Assembly (NCBI GenBank): GCA_037447605.1 | Contig: JBBHKD010000065.1 | Location: 1 to 7,353, forward strand | Source: Zygnema circumcarinatum SAG 698-1b | Taxonomy: Eukaryota; Plantae; Zygnematophyceae | DNA: 7,353 nucleotides | Direction of reading: 5' to 3' | Shown: positions 6,431 to 7,353 of the stretch, piece by piece | How positions within the stretch are numbered: the stretch's first letter is position 1 | How the letters are laid out: each line of letters starts with the position of its first letter | Program-made: the position numbers and the translations under genes | The notes under the pieces: model-generated | What the model saw: only the letters and a program-made list of their open reading frames with translations | What the model was told of the DNA's origin: nothing | Databases searched by the model: none

Positions 6431-7353
6431 CAGCACAGCCATGGGCGCATTGCCGAGAATGCAGGTGTTGTTGCTGACGCCACTTAGTGGGGTACCACTT
6501 CTCCTCACCTTAGGTAGAACTCGACATCTTCAATGAATTGCTCGATCACACAAAGCCCAGCTGGTAAATGCAAAGAGAACAACTTCGGAAATATGAAAAT
6601 GTAAGGAAAGCCACCGACCTAAAACTCCTTAAGATAAAGATGAAATAAAACTTGACAATATAATATGGCGCCAATGAGCATTGTCACGTCACGGCTTTAT
6701 GCACTACGCCTTGCAAGACCCTTATCCGTCCTAATCTCGGCGTAAAAGTCGGATCCTCCTAAACACGCGGATCCGGCACGCCAATCTTGCGTCGAGATCA
6801 CTTCGGCCTTATCTCCATCCGAGGTCCTCCCAAGTGGTCGACTCCTCATTACTCGGCGTCATGTGGGACCCGGTAAGCCTACGAGCGCGCCACCGACCTA
6901 GGCCGTACAGGCCTTCCAGCACTAACGACACGTGGCGCCTTAGATTAAAACGCGCTGTCCTCAAATGAGACATTCTTTGACTCATTACCTTATCGAGTTG
7001 GTTACGCTCCAGCGGTCAGCAGCAGCGTCCGCCCTACTCGATTTGTCGGCGTCGCGCAGCGTCACATCTGACTCCGCCACGCGCCGCGCCTGCGCCCGCA
7101 GAGCCAATGTCGTACATTGAGGTCGGCCCCTTACAAATCATTACCCGCGATTGGCTCCAGGCATTCGATGCCTTGCGCGCCATCGGACCAGCGGCCTTCT
7201 ATACGCCGCAGGAACTTGTCACGGTCGCCCTGGGCCCCTGGTACAATGTGGACGCACAGGCACACCCCTCTTTGGAGACTTAGTACCAACAACGAGGTGT
7301 ACGGCAAGTCATAGCTACTTTACACTAACATGCGTTGCCTACTGCGTGATACC

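Noticed and set aside
6652-6664. Bacterial sigma70 promoter (TTGACA and TATAAT)
   Set aside because: The hexamers are 1 nt apart rather than ~17, and the context is eukaryotic retroelement DNA.
6666-6673. TGGCGCC tRNA-Lys-type PBS
   Set aside because: Only a 7-8 bp palindrome, not directly adjacent to an LTR end, with no extension of the match.
6682-7323. 5' LTR partner of the minus-strand element (TGTCACG...TTTACA)
   Set aside because: No convincing similarity by eye to the sequence left of 5768 or to 1758-2408.

Overview
No intact cellular gene is visible. The window is a nest of decayed Ty3/Gypsy LTR-retrotransposon sequence, fairly GC-rich by eye, from a eukaryote; a green alga, non-seed plant or fungus is plausible from the chromodomain type, but the host cannot be determined here. 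Plus-strand order: integrase core (1-213, resuming at ~658), GPF motif, chromodomain (to 1555), 3' UTR, PPT, probable LTR (~1758-2408), gag-like remnant (~2542-3412), RT pseudogene (4422-~5050), possible RNase H remnant. A related integrase C-terminus/chromodomain/3' UTR/PPT lies inverted at ~5766-6430. The most interesting signal is absent from the ORF track: two copies of a ~420-440 bp non-coding miniature LTR element (TRIM-like; 214-657 and 3788-~4202), each built as short LTR, PBS region, spacer, PPT, short LTR. Their LTRs carry a tRNA-like module (D-arm/A-box-like and T-loop/B-box-like motifs at tRNA spacing), suggesting a tRNA-derived Pol III promoter, analogous to the 5S-derived LTRs of Cassandra. 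Their PPT and termini resemble those of the chromovirus they sit in. All alignments were done by eye; no identities or database matches were computed.
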